Assembly: GCA_963791875.1 (NCBI GenBank)
Contig: CAWBUI010000005.1
Span: 2,340-66,339, forward strand
Length of the DNA stretch: 64,000 nucleotides
From: an uncultured Acidobacteriaceae bacterium
Lineage (GTDB): Bacteria; Acidobacteriota; Terriglobia; Terriglobales; Acidobacteriaceae
Direction: 5' to 3'
The notes under the pieces were generated by a model. It searched no databases and was not told the origin of the DNA. It saw only the letters and a list, made by a program, of their open reading frames with translations. A program made the position numbers and the translations under genes. Below, one piece after another: positions 8,605-18,486 of this stretch; positions within the stretch are counted from its first letter, which is position 1; each line of letters begins with the position of its first letter.

Positions 8605-9762
8605 ATGCCATCGGTTTTGTCGGACATCGAGCTTTACAGTCATCTCGGCACAAGCATCCTGCAGACCATTTGGCTGTCTCGATTCGTGCCTTCCCTGGCG
8701 TTGTTTGCGCCGACCACAATCTTTTCGCCGGCCTCGACACCGGCGCAATCCATCTACGGCCTCTCCCTCTTCGTCTTCGCGATTACTGCAGGCATCTTCC
8801 TCGTCGTGGGCTCACTGCTCGTGTATGCGATCGTCCGGTATCGCGCTCGCCCCGATGACTCGACCGAACCGCCACAGGTCTTTGGCAGCACACAGATCGA
8901 ACTCGCCTGGACCATCATCCCGATCCTGCTTATCATCGTTCTCTTCCTGGCCACAGCACGGGTTATCTTCTCGATCCAGGACGCCCGGAAACCCGCCTCC
9001 GCGCTGGACGTCGTTGTGATTGGCCACCAGTTCTGGTGGGAGTTTCGCTATCCCAAATACAACATCGTCACCGCTAACGAACTCCACGTTCCTCTCAGCA
9101 CGGTGCGGTCGCCCACGCCCACGTTCCTCAAACTGACGTCCGCCGATGTCATTCACAGCTTCTGGATACCCCGCCTCGCCGGCAAGACGGACCTGCTGCC
9201 GAACCGCGTCAACGAACTCTGGATCGCGCCACAGGTGACCGGCATGTACGACGGCCAGTGTGCCCAGTTCTGCGGCATGCAACACGCACACATGCTCCTC
9301 CGCGTGTATGTCGATACTCCGGAGCAGTTCCAGCAGTGGATCGCGAACCAGCAGAAGATCGTCCCCCCGGGCCCTCCGATCGCAGAAACCAGCACGGATC
9401 CCGGCCCGCTCAGGTCCATGCCCCGAAACACGCCGGGCACAGTCGCCGACGCAGCGCCCAGCCCACAGGAGGGCACCTCCAACATCTCCCCCACGCAGGG
9501 ACGGCGCGTCTTTGAGCAGCAGGCCTGCATCAACTGCCACGCCATCCGGGGCACGCCGGCCGACGGTCGCTTTGGCCCGGACCTCACGCATCTCATGTCC
9601 CGCGAAACGATCGCCGCCGGAGCCGCCCGCAATACCGCCGATAATCTGACCCGCTGGATCGCGGACCCCGCCATCTTCAAGCCCGGAGCACTGATGCCTC
9701 CGATGCACCTCACCGACTTGCAGAACAGGCAGATCACCACGTACCTTGTCACGCTGCATTAG
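8605..9762 (+). CDS. coxB: Cytochrome c oxidase subunit II with fused C-terminal cytochrome c (caa3-type); start uncertain
   Basis: IELAWTIIP, GHQFWWEF, DVIHSFW, CuA motif CAQFCGMQHAHM, haem c CINCH, GPDLTH. Confidence 0.95.
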   Translation: MPSVLSDIELYSHLGTSILQTIWLSRFVPSLALFAPTTIFSPASTPAQSIYGLSLFVFAITAGIFLVVGSLLVYAIVRYRARPDDSTEPPQVFGSTQIELAWTIIPILLIIVLFLATARVIFSIQDARKPASALDVVVIGHQFWWEFRYPKYNIVTANELHVPLSTVRSPTPTFLKLTSADVIHSFWIPRLAGKTDLLPNRVNELWIAPQVTGMYDGQCAQFCGMQHAHMLLRVYVDTPEQFQQWIANQQKIVPPGPPIAETSTDPGPLRSMPRNTPGTVADAAPSPQEGTSNISPTQGRRVFEQQACINCHAIRGTPADGRFGPDLTHLMSRETIAAGAARNTADNLTRWIADPAIFKPGALMPPMHLTDLQNRQITTYLVTLH

Positions 9763-9778
9763 CCCGCGGAGAGTACCT

Positions 9779-11494
9779 ATGGCAACACCCAGTATGCCGG
9801 TGCAGGGACACCCCGGAGCGAGCCAGGACGCAGCGGTAGACCGCACCAGGCCGCAGAGCCATCCCGGCACTTACCTTGAACACGTGCACGGCTGGCTCGT
9901 CACGACCGATCATAAGAAGATCGGTCTTCTCTACATCGGCTACGCGCTCATCTTCCTGCTCGTGGGAGGGCTCGAAGCCCTGCTCATTCGCATCCAGCTC
10001 TTCCGGGCCGAAAATCACTTCCTCTCCCCCCAGGCGTACAACCGCATGTTCACCATGCATGGCACCACGATGGTGTTCCTGGTGGGCATGCCAATACTCT
10101 TCGGCTTCGGAAACTACCTGATCCCGCTCATGATCGGCGCGCGCGATATGGCGTTCCCGCGGCTGAACGCTTTCAGCTTTTGGATCAGCGCATTCGCGGG
10201 CATCCTTCTCTACTACAGCTTCATCGGCGGGGTAGGCCTCGCGGGCGCAGGCTCCGCACCCGAGGTCGGATGGTTCGCCTACGCGCCGCTCACGGAGCGA
10301 GCCTTCTCTCCCGGCCACAGCACCGACTACTGGGCTGTCGCACTGATTGCGAACGGAATCGGTACCATCGGCACCGCAGCCAACATCATGGCCACCGTCT
10401 TCAGCATGCGGACCAAGGGCATGACCCTCTTCCGCATGCCGCTGCTCCCCTGGATTTATGTCACCACCGCGGCGATTGCCCTTCTCGCAATCCCGCCCCT
10501 TACCGCCGCGCAGATCATGCTTATGATCGATCGCTATCTCGGTGGCCACTTCTTCGACGCGCAGGCCGGTGGCTCCGCCCTCCTCTGGGCTCACTTCTTC
10601 TGGATCTTCGGCCACCCCGAGGTGTACATCCTCGTGCTTCCGGCATTCGGCTTTGCTAACGAGATCATCCCGGTCTTCTCGCGCAAAGGGATCTTCGGCT
10701 ACCCGGCCATGGTCGCCGCCACTGTTGGAATCGCGTTCATCAGCATGAGCGTCTGGGCGCACCACATGTTCACGATCGGCATGACCTCAGTCGGCAACAC
10801 GTTCTTCACGCTCTCGACCATGATCATCTCCGTCCCGACCGGCATAAAGATCTTCAACTGGCTTGCCACCATCTGGGGAGGCAAGGTCCGCTTCGCCACC
10901 CCGATGCTGTTTTCCATTGCCTTCCTGCTGCAGTGGCTGATCGCCGGCCTGACCGGCATCATCCTTTCGGTCTCGCCGTTCAATTGGCAGCTCCACAACT
11001 CGTACTTTGTCGTGGCTCATTTCCACTACGTGCTGGTGGGCGCCATCCTCTTCATGATCTTCGCGGCCTTCTACTACTGGTACCCCAAAGCCACGGGCCG
11101 TATGCTGTCCGAGCGTCTCGGCAAATGGCACTTCTGGCTGATGATCATCGGCTTCCATCTCACCTTCGACGTCATGCATATCCCGGGCCTGCTCGGCATG
11201 CCGCGCCAGATATACACTTACGAACCAAATCGTGGCTGGGAGGTGTTGAACCAGATCGTCTCTGTTGGAGGCTTCTTTCAGGCCGCGGCCGTCCTCATCT
11301 TCGTCTATAACCTGGTGTACTCCTATAGCAAAGGCAGCATCGCGGGGCCGGACCCCTGGGATGCCTGGACCCTCGAGTGGTCTGTCCCCTCCCCGCCGCC
11401 TGCCTACAACTTCGCCATCGAACCTACCGTTGCAAGCAGGCGACCCTTGTGGGACCTGAAGCACCCCGAAGATCCTGACTCGTCGTTCGAGTAA
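9779..11494 (+). CDS. coxA: Cytochrome c oxidase subunit I (A1 type)
   Basis: TTDHKKIG, HGTTM, GARDMAFPRLN, WIFGHPEVY, VWAHHMF, VAHFHY. Confidence 0.98.
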   Translation: MATPSMPVQGHPGASQDAAVDRTRPQSHPGTYLEHVHGWLVTTDHKKIGLLYIGYALIFLLVGGLEALLIRIQLFRAENHFLSPQAYNRMFTMHGTTMVFLVGMPILFGFGNYLIPLMIGARDMAFPRLNAFSFWISAFAGILLYYSFIGGVGLAGAGSAPEVGWFAYAPLTERAFSPGHSTDYWAVALIANGIGTIGTAANIMATVFSMRTKGMTLFRMPLLPWIYVTTAAIALLAIPPLTAAQIMLMIDRYLGGHFFDAQAGGSALLWAHFFWIFGHPEVYILVLPAFGFANEIIPVFSRKGIFGYPAMVAATVGIAFISMSVWAHHMFTIGMTSVGNTFFTLSTMIISVPTGIKIFNWLATIWGGKVRFATPMLFSIAFLLQWLIAGLTGIILSVSPFNWQLHNSYFVVAHFHYVLVGAILFMIFAAFYYWYPKATGRMLSERLGKWHFWLMIIGFHLTFDVMHIPGLLGMPRQIYTYEPNRGWEVLNQIVSVGGFFQAAAVLIFVYNLVYSYSKGSIAGPDPWDAWTLEWSVPSPPPAYNFAIEPTVASRRPLWDLKHPEDPDSSFE

Positions 11495-11506
11495 TGGAGA
11501 GAAGTT

Positions 11507-12103
11507 ATGGCCACCATTCCGCTCCAACACATCGAAGACGAGCCAGCCCTGCACCAGCCCTCCAAAGGTGTGGTCGGGATGGCGTCACTCATCCTGGCTG
11601 AGACCGCCATGTTCTCGATCTTCGTCGTCGCCTACGTCTACTACATGGGCACGGACAAGTTCGGCCCTACTCCGCGCCAGGTACTTGAACTGCCAATCTT
11701 CAACACGGTCTGCCTTCTTTCCAGCAGCTTCACCATCTGGCTCGCAGAACACTCAATCACGCGCCGCAACATGTCCGCCTTCACCCTCTGGTGGGGAGCC
11801 ACCTTCCTTCTCGGGCTCATCTTCCTCTTTGGCACCGCTCGAGAGTGGTCCAGGCTGATCTACCAGCATGGACTCACGATCCGCACCAATCTCTTCGGCA
11901 CCACGTTCTATTCTTTGGTCGGGCTCCACGCGACCCACGTCTTCGTCGGCCTCCTGCTGCTCGTGCTTGTGTTCGTACTTGCCGCAACCAGGAATCTTCG
12001 CCCTGAGCACGCTGAGCGCGTCAAGGTCCTCGCTCTCTACTGGCACTTCGTCGATGCCGTCTGGGTCGTCGTATTCACTGTCGTATACCTGGTCGGGAGG
12101 TAA
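11507..12103 (+). CDS. coxC: Cytochrome c oxidase subunit III (short 5-TM form)
   Basis: AETAMF, NTVCLLSSS, FYSLVGLHATHV, YWHFVDAVW. Confidence 0.95.
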   Translation: MATIPLQHIEDEPALHQPSKGVVGMASLILAETAMFSIFVVAYVYYMGTDKFGPTPRQVLELPIFNTVCLLSSSFTIWLAEHSITRRNMSAFTLWWGATFLLGLIFLFGTAREWSRLIYQHGLTIRTNLFGTTFYSLVGLHATHVFVGLLLLVLVFVLAATRNLRPEHAERVKVLALYWHFVDAVWVVVFTVVYLVGR

Positions 12104-12106
12104 CAC

Positions 12107-13000
12107 ATGTCTGCACCGATCGCCTCCAATCAGCCCGTTGATCCCGACATTCACGCGCGGACCATACAGCTTCCCGCACCGACGGCATGGCCAATTCTCC
12201 TCGCGCTCGGCCTTACCCTTGTCTTTGCGTCCTTCGTCACCAGCCCCGCGATTGGAATACTGGGTGGGATCGTCGCGACCGCGTCCGTGATCGGCTGGTT
12301 CCGGGAGGTGCTTCCCCATGAGAAGCACGAAGCCGTCGAGGTTAGCGCAGAAATCGTCCCCGTACTTCACGCAGGCCGCACCGTCGCACGCATTCAAATG
12401 GGCGCGACCCACCGCGCGCAGCTTCCACTCCAGATCTTTCCCATATCAAGCGGCATCAAGGGCGGAATCGCCGGCGGAATCGCAATGGTGATACCCGCCG
12501 AAATCTACAGCATCCTCCGCTTCCATAGCATCTGGTATGTCGTCAATCTCCTCGGGGGCGCCGGCGTCGCCGGCTGGACGGATCCGACGCCCGCGCAACT
12601 ATCCCACTTCCGGCTGAGCGCCTTCCTTATCGCCAATCTGATTCAAGGGCTCGCCACCCTGCTGGTCGGTGTCCTGTATGGCGCGGTGCTTCCGATCTGG
12701 CCGAAGCATCCCATTCTGCTCGGGGGACTCATCGCCCCTGCACTCTGGACGGGCCTGCTCCACAGCACCCTCGGCATCGTCAATCCGTTCCTCGATCAAC
12801 ACATCGATTGGTGGTCGTTCGCCGCCGCGCAGGTACTCTTCGGACTGGTCGCCGGGTACACCGTCGTCAAACTCGGCCGCATCACCAGCCTTGCGCAGAT
12901 TCCGCTCTCGGCTCGGCTCGGCCTCGAATCGCCGGGGCTGAGTCCAGACCACAACGCATCCCAGACTCCAGACCAATCCGATAAGGAGCGCAATTCATGA
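12107..13000 (+). CDS. Membrane protein, probable oxidase subunit IV-like
   Basis: Starts 3 nt after coxC; N-terminal IQLPAPTAWP + two helices ending IGWFRE; ~5 further TM segments. Confidence 0.65.
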   Translation: MSAPIASNQPVDPDIHARTIQLPAPTAWPILLALGLTLVFASFVTSPAIGILGGIVATASVIGWFREVLPHEKHEAVEVSAEIVPVLHAGRTVARIQMGATHRAQLPLQIFPISSGIKGGIAGGIAMVIPAEIYSILRFHSIWYVVNLLGGAGVAGWTDPTPAQLSHFRLSAFLIANLIQGLATLLVGVLYGAVLPIWPKHPILLGGLIAPALWTGLLHSTLGIVNPFLDQHIDWWSFAAAQVLFGLVAGYTVVKLGRITSLAQIPLSARLGLESPGLSPDHNASQTPDQSDKERNS

Positions 13001-13803
13001 CGCGGTTCCGCAACCCGTCACGGCTCTTCGGACCTGCCCTGGCTTTGGCGTTGACTCTCACCGGCTGCAGCCTTCCCGGCAGACCGAAGCCTGGTCCCGA
13101 CGTTCCCCGTCCGGAGGCGATTCTTGATGCCAGCACGCTGTTTCGACAGAACTGTTCCGGCTGCCATGGCGCGGATGGGCAGCATGGGCCCGCGACAAGC
13201 CTCGCCAACCCCGTCTATCAGTCGTTCGTCGATGAAGCCACCATCCGCGACATCATCGCGAACGGCCTACCGGGCAGCCTGATGCCGGCCTTCTCCACAG
13301 CGAACGGCGGTCTGCTCGTTGATGCCCAGATCGACTCGCTTGTGCGCGGCATCCGCGCCCGCTGGTACAAAGGAAATGTAGTTGCCGCCCAGAACCGCCC
13401 GCCGTACCGCCCCGGCGGTTCGGGGGACCTCGCCCACGGCAGGCAGGTCTATACCTCCGTCTGCGCTCAGTGCCACGGCGAAGATGCCCAGCATCCCGGC
13501 GACGATGGATCGATTCTCGACGGCAGCTTCCTGGCCCTGATCAGCCCGCAAACCATCCGGACCACGATCCTCGCCGGACGTCCTGACCTCGGCATGCCCG
13601 ACTACCGCACTCTCGATGACAGCCACGTGCTTACGGACGCCGAGATCACCGACGTGACCGCATGGGTCATGAGCCAACGCCCACCGCAGCCCGGTCAAGC
13701 CTATCCAAGCCAGAACCCCATGTCGGAACCTGCCGGAGAAGCGCAGCCCAACAACATCCAGCGGCCTCAGCCACACTCGCGGAACCCGGGAGGATCACGG
13801 TGA
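12997..13803 (+). CDS. Dihaem cytochrome c lipoprotein
   Basis: Lipobox LTGC; CSGCH and CAQCH, each followed by an MP axial Met motif. Confidence 0.9.
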   Translation: MTRFRNPSRLFGPALALALTLTGCSLPGRPKPGPDVPRPEAILDASTLFRQNCSGCHGADGQHGPATSLANPVYQSFVDEATIRDIIANGLPGSLMPAFSTANGGLLVDAQIDSLVRGIRARWYKGNVVAAQNRPPYRPGGSGDLAHGRQVYTSVCAQCHGEDAQHPGDDGSILDGSFLALISPQTIRTTILAGRPDLGMPDYRTLDDSHVLTDAEITDVTAWVMSQRPPQPGQAYPSQNPMSEPAGEAQPNNIQRPQPHSRNPGGSR

Positions 13804-13964
13804 TGCTGCAGCCGATCAGCTCGCTCAAAACACCTCACTGGAGCCCGAAGGCCACTTCGCCCGTCGGTCAGTCAAGGGACGTCACCTCCTGGACGCTCTA
13901 TCGATCCGCTGCTTACCCCCTCCCCATCACCCGTGACCACGAGATGTAAGCTCTGAGGCACTCC

Positions 13965-14675
13965 ATGGACGACTTTCCCGTCACTGACCACACCAATGAA
14001 ACCCGGCCCATCCGCACGCATGCCGATACGCTGGAGCGCGAGGCTGGAGCGGGCGTCCCCGAGGACTCTCCGCTCCATGCAAAGATCGTCAGCCGCCGCA
14101 AATTCATGATGTCCGTGGGCGTCGGTCTGAACGCAGCAGTAGCTCTCGCGATCGCAACCCCCATCATCGGCTACCTGCTGGGTCCCATTCTCCGGCGCGA
14201 AGAGTATCGCCACTGGATCGAGATCGGCTCCGTAAGCGACTTCCATCCCGGCGAGACCAAGCTCATCGCCTTTCGCAACCCTTTCAGCGATCCCTGGGAC
14301 GGGCAGACCGTCAACATTCCTGCCTACGTCCGGCGCACCGCGAGTGACGTCACCGTATTCGCCATCAACTGCGCCCACCTCGGGTGCCCTGTGCGCTGGT
14401 TCTCGGAGTCGCAACTCTTCATGTGCCCGTGTCATGGGGGCATCTACTACGCCGACGGCGCGCGCGCGGCAGGCCCACCCGAGCGCGGCCTCTTCACTTA
14501 CGAGCAGAAGGTTGAATCCGGCAAACTCTTCATCAAGGCGGGCCAGATGCCTACGCTCTCCAACCGGGCCTCGAACGCACCCTGTCCGGCCTCACAGGTC
14601 ACCCGCGATAATGCGACCAATCTTGTTACAAGGATTAAGCCATGCCCTGGTACAAACGAACCTACGATTGGCTAG
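13965..14675 (+). CDS. qcrA: Rieske 2Fe-2S subunit of quinol:cytochrome c reductase
   Basis: Tat motif SRRKFM + TM; CAHLGC and CPCHGG boxes; AGPPERGL. Confidence 0.93.
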   Translation: MDDFPVTDHTNETRPIRTHADTLEREAGAGVPEDSPLHAKIVSRRKFMMSVGVGLNAAVALAIATPIIGYLLGPILRREEYRHWIEIGSVSDFHPGETKLIAFRNPFSDPWDGQTVNIPAYVRRTASDVTVFAINCAHLGCPVRWFSESQLFMCPCHGGIYYADGARAAGPPERGLFTYEQKVESGKLFIKAGQMPTLSNRASNAPCPASQVTRDNATNLVTRIKPCPGTNEPTIG

Positions 14676-16150
14676 AACGCCGCCTCCAGCTCGAGGGGTT
14701 CGTCAAGGATGCCAGCCTCCACAAGACCCCCGCGAGCACCGCCAGCTGGTGGTACGTCTTCGGCAGCGCCTCGCTCGTTCTGCTGATCCTGCAGATCGTC
14801 ACGGGCATCATGCTGGCGCTTGTCTACGTCCCCTCCGCCGCGCAGGCATGGAACTCGCTCGAGGTGCTCAACCACCATCTTCCGCTCGGCTGGTTTCTTC
14901 GCGCCATGCACGGCTGGGGCTCGAACTTTATGGTCGCCGTCGTGCTCATCCACATGGCGCAGGTCTTCCTCTTCGGAGCCTATAAATTCCCGCGCGAACT
15001 CACATGGCTGCTCGGCGTCTTCTTGCTCCTGATGACCCTAGGCATGGCCTTCACCGGCCAGGTCCTCCGCTTCGACCAGGACTCCTACTGGGGACTTGGC
15101 ATCGGTGCCGCAATCGCAGGACGCATCCCCCTCATTGGCGGCCTTGTCGTTCACCTGATGCTCGGCGGCCCCATCATCTCGGGCGCCACTCTGACCCGGT
15201 TCTTCGCGCTCCACGTCTTCGTCATCCCGGGCATGCTCCTGGCCTTCACCGGCCTCCATGTGTGGCTTGTTCTCAAGCTCGGCGTGAACGAGTGGCCTGT
15301 CCCCGGCCGTCTCGTCCGCCGCCAAACATACATGAAGGAGTATCACGAGCTCGCGGAAAAGGGCATGCCGTTTGTACCCGGCGCCGTCTGGAAGGACCTG
15401 GTCTTCTCCGCTGCAATCCTCTTCGCCGTAGCAGTCTGCGCCGCTGTCTTCGGACCATACGGACCCACCGGCGCGCCCGACCCAACCATTATCCAAACGG
15501 TTCCGAAACCTGACTTCTTCTTCCTTTGGATCTACTCCGTCCTCGCCCTGCTACCTCCCGAGTTGGAAACACCCTTCATCCTCCTGGTACCTCCAATCGC
15601 CATCGCCATTCTTGTTGCCCTGCCCTTCGTTGCGGGCATCGGCGAAAAGAGCTGGTGGCGTCGCCCGGTAGCGGTCTTCTCGCTTATGTTTATCGCCGTT
15701 GCGTGGGGCGTTTTCACCCACATGGCCACCTACTCTCCCTGGAGCCCGCACATGGACGCCTGGAGCGGAAACGCTGTACCCGTCAAGCTGATCACCCACA
15801 CCACGCCCCTCGAGCGTCAAGGCGCTGCGGTCTTCCAGCAGAAGCAGTGCCGCAACTGTCACGAGCTTGGCGGCGCGGGCGGCCAGCGCGGTCCCGCCCT
15901 CGACAACGTAGCCACCACCCTCACCGAAGACCAGCTCTACCGGCAGGTCCTCCAGGGCGGCGGCAATATGCCCGCATACGGCAACGCGCTCACTCCGGCC
16001 GAAACCACTGCCCTCATCCGTTTCCTCGAGACCCTCCACCCCACCTTTGAACCCGCCGCAGCGGACGCCTCCCGCGGCGTCGCCGAGCACGGAACCACGC
16101 CCCCGAACTCCACGGTCCGCAAAGGCTCGGGCAGCCACACCATTCAGTAG
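14642..16150 (+). CDS. qcrB: Cytochrome b (unsplit) with fused C-terminal cytochrome c
   Basis: WFLRAMHGWG, IHMAQVF, YKFPRELTW, TRFFALHVF, Qo motif PDFF, C-terminal CRNCH...MP. Confidence 0.94.
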   Translation: MPWYKRTYDWLERRLQLEGFVKDASLHKTPASTASWWYVFGSASLVLLILQIVTGIMLALVYVPSAAQAWNSLEVLNHHLPLGWFLRAMHGWGSNFMVAVVLIHMAQVFLFGAYKFPRELTWLLGVFLLLMTLGMAFTGQVLRFDQDSYWGLGIGAAIAGRIPLIGGLVVHLMLGGPIISGATLTRFFALHVFVIPGMLLAFTGLHVWLVLKLGVNEWPVPGRLVRRQTYMKEYHELAEKGMPFVPGAVWKDLVFSAAILFAVAVCAAVFGPYGPTGAPDPTIIQTVPKPDFFFLWIYSVLALLPPELETPFILLVPPIAIAILVALPFVAGIGEKSWWRRPVAVFSLMFIAVAWGVFTHMATYSPWSPHMDAWSGNAVPVKLITHTTPLERQGAAVFQQKQCRNCHELGGAGGQRGPALDNVATTLTEDQLYRQVLQGGGNMPAYGNALTPAETTALIRFLETLHPTFEPAAADASRGVAEHGTTPPNSTVRKGSGSHTIQ

Positions 16151-16276
16151 CCGATTCGGTGGTGGGGCGCCCAAATGCGCACGCGCAACGGAGCACGGGT
16201 CCTCCGCCGCGACAGAACGCAGGCTCCTTCCTTAAGCACAGCGACTAAGCGCATCCTCCCTTACGAGCGATACCAC

Positions 16277-17155
16277 ATGCAGGCACTTCCCCAGGAAATC
16301 GCACGAGCGTGGTCTCTTCCGCTCTTACCTGCCGCGGGGATCCTGCTGACCGCCGGCTTGTACGTCCGCGGCTGGACTGCGGCTCGTCACACCAGGCCAC
16401 ACCATTTTCCTGACTGGCGCCTCGTATCGTTCCTTGCGGGCCTGGTCACACTTTGGCTTGCAATCGCATCCCCGCTCGACGCCCTGGACAATTACCTGCT
16501 CACCGCACACATGCTGCAGCATTTTCTGCTCATGTCGGTCGTCCCTCCGCTGATCGTCCTTGGCGCACCACAAGTGCCTCTCCTCCGCGGCCTCTCACGA
16601 ACGCTTGTGCGCTCCACGCTCAATCCCATCCTCCGGAGACGCTGGTTCCATCCTTTCAGCCGAGTCATCGGTCACCCTATGTCTGGATGGTTCGCCATGA
16701 ACCTCTCGTTTCTCCTTTGGCACCTCCCGTTCGCCTACGAACTGACCCTTCGCTCCGAACCCTGGCACAACGTGGAGCACCTCTGCTTCCTTCTCACATC
16801 CGTCTGGTTCTGGTGGATCGTCATGGCTCCCTGGCCGCACCGCCGACGTTGGCGCGTGTGGACGATGGTTCCCTACCTCTTCACGGCGGACCTGATCAAC
16901 ACCATCCTCTCCGCCATTCTTTGTTTCTCCGGACGCATCTTCTACCCCTGGTACTCCGCAGCGGCACGCATCAGCCGTCTGTCCCCTCTGCAGGATCAGG
17001 TCGCAGCGGGCGCCGAGATGTGGATTCTGAACTCCGTCGTCTTCCTCGTACCCGCCATGGTCCTTACGGTCAAAGCACTCAATCCCAAATACCTGCAGCA
17101 GCAAGCGGGCACCGCGAGTTCGCACCACACTCAGCCGCGAGTGCCCGCAGAATAA
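16277..17155 (+). CDS. ctaG: caa3-type cytochrome c oxidase assembly factor
   Basis: SPLD, TAHMLQHFLL, WHLPFAYE, HNVEH, LQDQVAAG. Confidence 0.9.
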   Translation: MQALPQEIARAWSLPLLPAAGILLTAGLYVRGWTAARHTRPHHFPDWRLVSFLAGLVTLWLAIASPLDALDNYLLTAHMLQHFLLMSVVPPLIVLGAPQVPLLRGLSRTLVRSTLNPILRRRWFHPFSRVIGHPMSGWFAMNLSFLLWHLPFAYELTLRSEPWHNVEHLCFLLTSVWFWWIVMAPWPHRRRWRVWTMVPYLFTADLINTILSAILCFSGRIFYPWYSAAARISRLSPLQDQVAAGAEMWILNSVVFLVPAMVLTVKALNPKYLQQQAGTASSHHTQPRVPAE

Positions 17156-17212
17156 GCGAGCTTAACGTATTGCTCTGCGCGGCGCAGAGATGGAAAGCAG
17201 ATCCGCCCGTAT

Positions 17213-17257
17213 GCGGAACGTACACGTAAGACTGCGTGGAGTCCGTGAACGCACATG
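17213..17257. promoter_or_regulatory. Two degenerate LacI-type operators upstream of the regulator gene
   Basis: GCGGAACGTACACG (17213-26) and CGTGAACGCACATG (17244-57) match the 18449 site at 11/14 and 12/14. Confidence 0.55.
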
Positions 17258-17318
17258 CTATCGGATCCATACGCTCCCGCAACGTATACTTCGCGTGTCC
17301 CACGACCCGCCCGACCGA

Positions 17319-18383
17319 ATGACCCCACAGCCAAAATCCGGCAATGCCGGCATCCGCGAGATAGCCAACGCGCTCGGCATCTCGATCGGAACCGTAGATC
17401 GCGCCATTCACGGGCGTTCCGGAGTCAGCAAGATCACGCGTGAGCGTGTGCTGAGCATGGCCAAACAGTTGGACTACACCCCCAACCTGGCTGCTCGACA
17501 TCTCAGGCTCAGTCACCGGCTCTGCGTCGGCGTCTTTCTCCCCCGGGAAATCGCCTCGTTTTACAACATGGTTCGCAGCGGCATCCTCGCCGCTGCGAAA
17601 GCCGCGGGCTCCGCAGTGGAGGTCCAACTGCACGAATTCCCCCACATAGGGGACGGAGACTGGGAGACACTCAAGCAAGCCAGATGGGAAGACTACGACG
17701 GCATCATCTTTGCCCCGGGCAACGCGCCTGCTCTGGCCGAGTTTTGGGACGCCGCCGCCACTCTTCGCCGTCCTGTCGTGCTGGTCACCACAGACGCACC
17801 GCACAGCCAGCGTCTCGCCTCGGTGGCGGTAGACGGCGAGATCAGCGGCAGTATCGCGGCGGAGTTGCTCGGCCGCGGCATCCGGGAGCACGGAACCGTC
17901 GCCATCTTCACTGGCGATGTCCAGGTTCAGGACCACTCGGACAAGGTGCGAGGCTTTGCCGGCACTCTGGCCCTTCTGGCTCCCCATCTCACCCTGCTCC
18001 CGCCAGTCGAGAACCATGACCGGCCAGACCTCGCGTATGCCGCAGCCAAGAAGGTCCTGCAGTCCCAGCCGGAGCTGAAGGGCATCTACTGCGGAACTGC
18101 CAACAGCCTTCCCCTTCTGCGAGCGGCCCGCGAAGCCGGCCTGCTTGGAAGCCTCCAGATCGTCACCACAGACCTGTTCCCGGAACTGGTCTCTTACCTC
18201 GACCAGGGCGCGGTGCTGGCCACCTTGGAACAACGGCCGTTTACGCAGGGCCGGCGCGCGTTTGAGGTCCTTTGTTCCTTTCTCGCTAAGGGCGAGCAGC
18301 AGCAGGTCCGCACGCGGCTCGCACCCCACATCGTCCTGCGGAGCAATCTGCCACTCTTCCTGCAACGGCTGAACCAACCGTAG
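17319..18383 (+). CDS. LacI-family transcriptional regulator
   Basis: IREIANALGISIGTVDRAIH HTH, YTPNLAAR, sugar-binding domain. Confidence 0.93.
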   Translation: MTPQPKSGNAGIREIANALGISIGTVDRAIHGRSGVSKITRERVLSMAKQLDYTPNLAARHLRLSHRLCVGVFLPREIASFYNMVRSGILAAAKAAGSAVEVQLHEFPHIGDGDWETLKQARWEDYDGIIFAPGNAPALAEFWDAAATLRRPVVLVTTDAPHSQRLASVAVDGEISGSIAAELLGRGIREHGTVAIFTGDVQVQDHSDKVRGFAGTLALLAPHLTLLPPVENHDRPDLAYAAAKKVLQSQPELKGIYCGTANSLPLLRAAREAGLLGSLQIVTTDLFPELVSYLDQGAVLATLEQRPFTQGRRAFEVLCSFLAKGEQQQVRTRLAPHIVLRSNLPLFLQRLNQP

Positions 18384-18417
18384 GTCTATCCTTGCCGCCA
18401 GCCGGCCTCTTCTGTGC

Positions 18418-18462
18418 TTGACATCGAGTCTCCGGCACAGGTAGGTTGCGTGTACGTTCACG
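18418..18462 (+). promoter_or_regulatory. Sigma70 promoter with operator just downstream of -10
   Basis: TTGACA-N18-TAGGTT then near-palindrome CGTGTACGTTCACG (18449-18462). Confidence 0.7.
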
Positions 18463-18486
18463 AAACATACGTGGAGAGTTTTTGGA

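Noticed and set aside
14730-14780. Haem ci attachment as in b6f/Bacillus cytochrome b
   Set aside because: The sequence is WWYVFGS, with no Cys at the attachment position.
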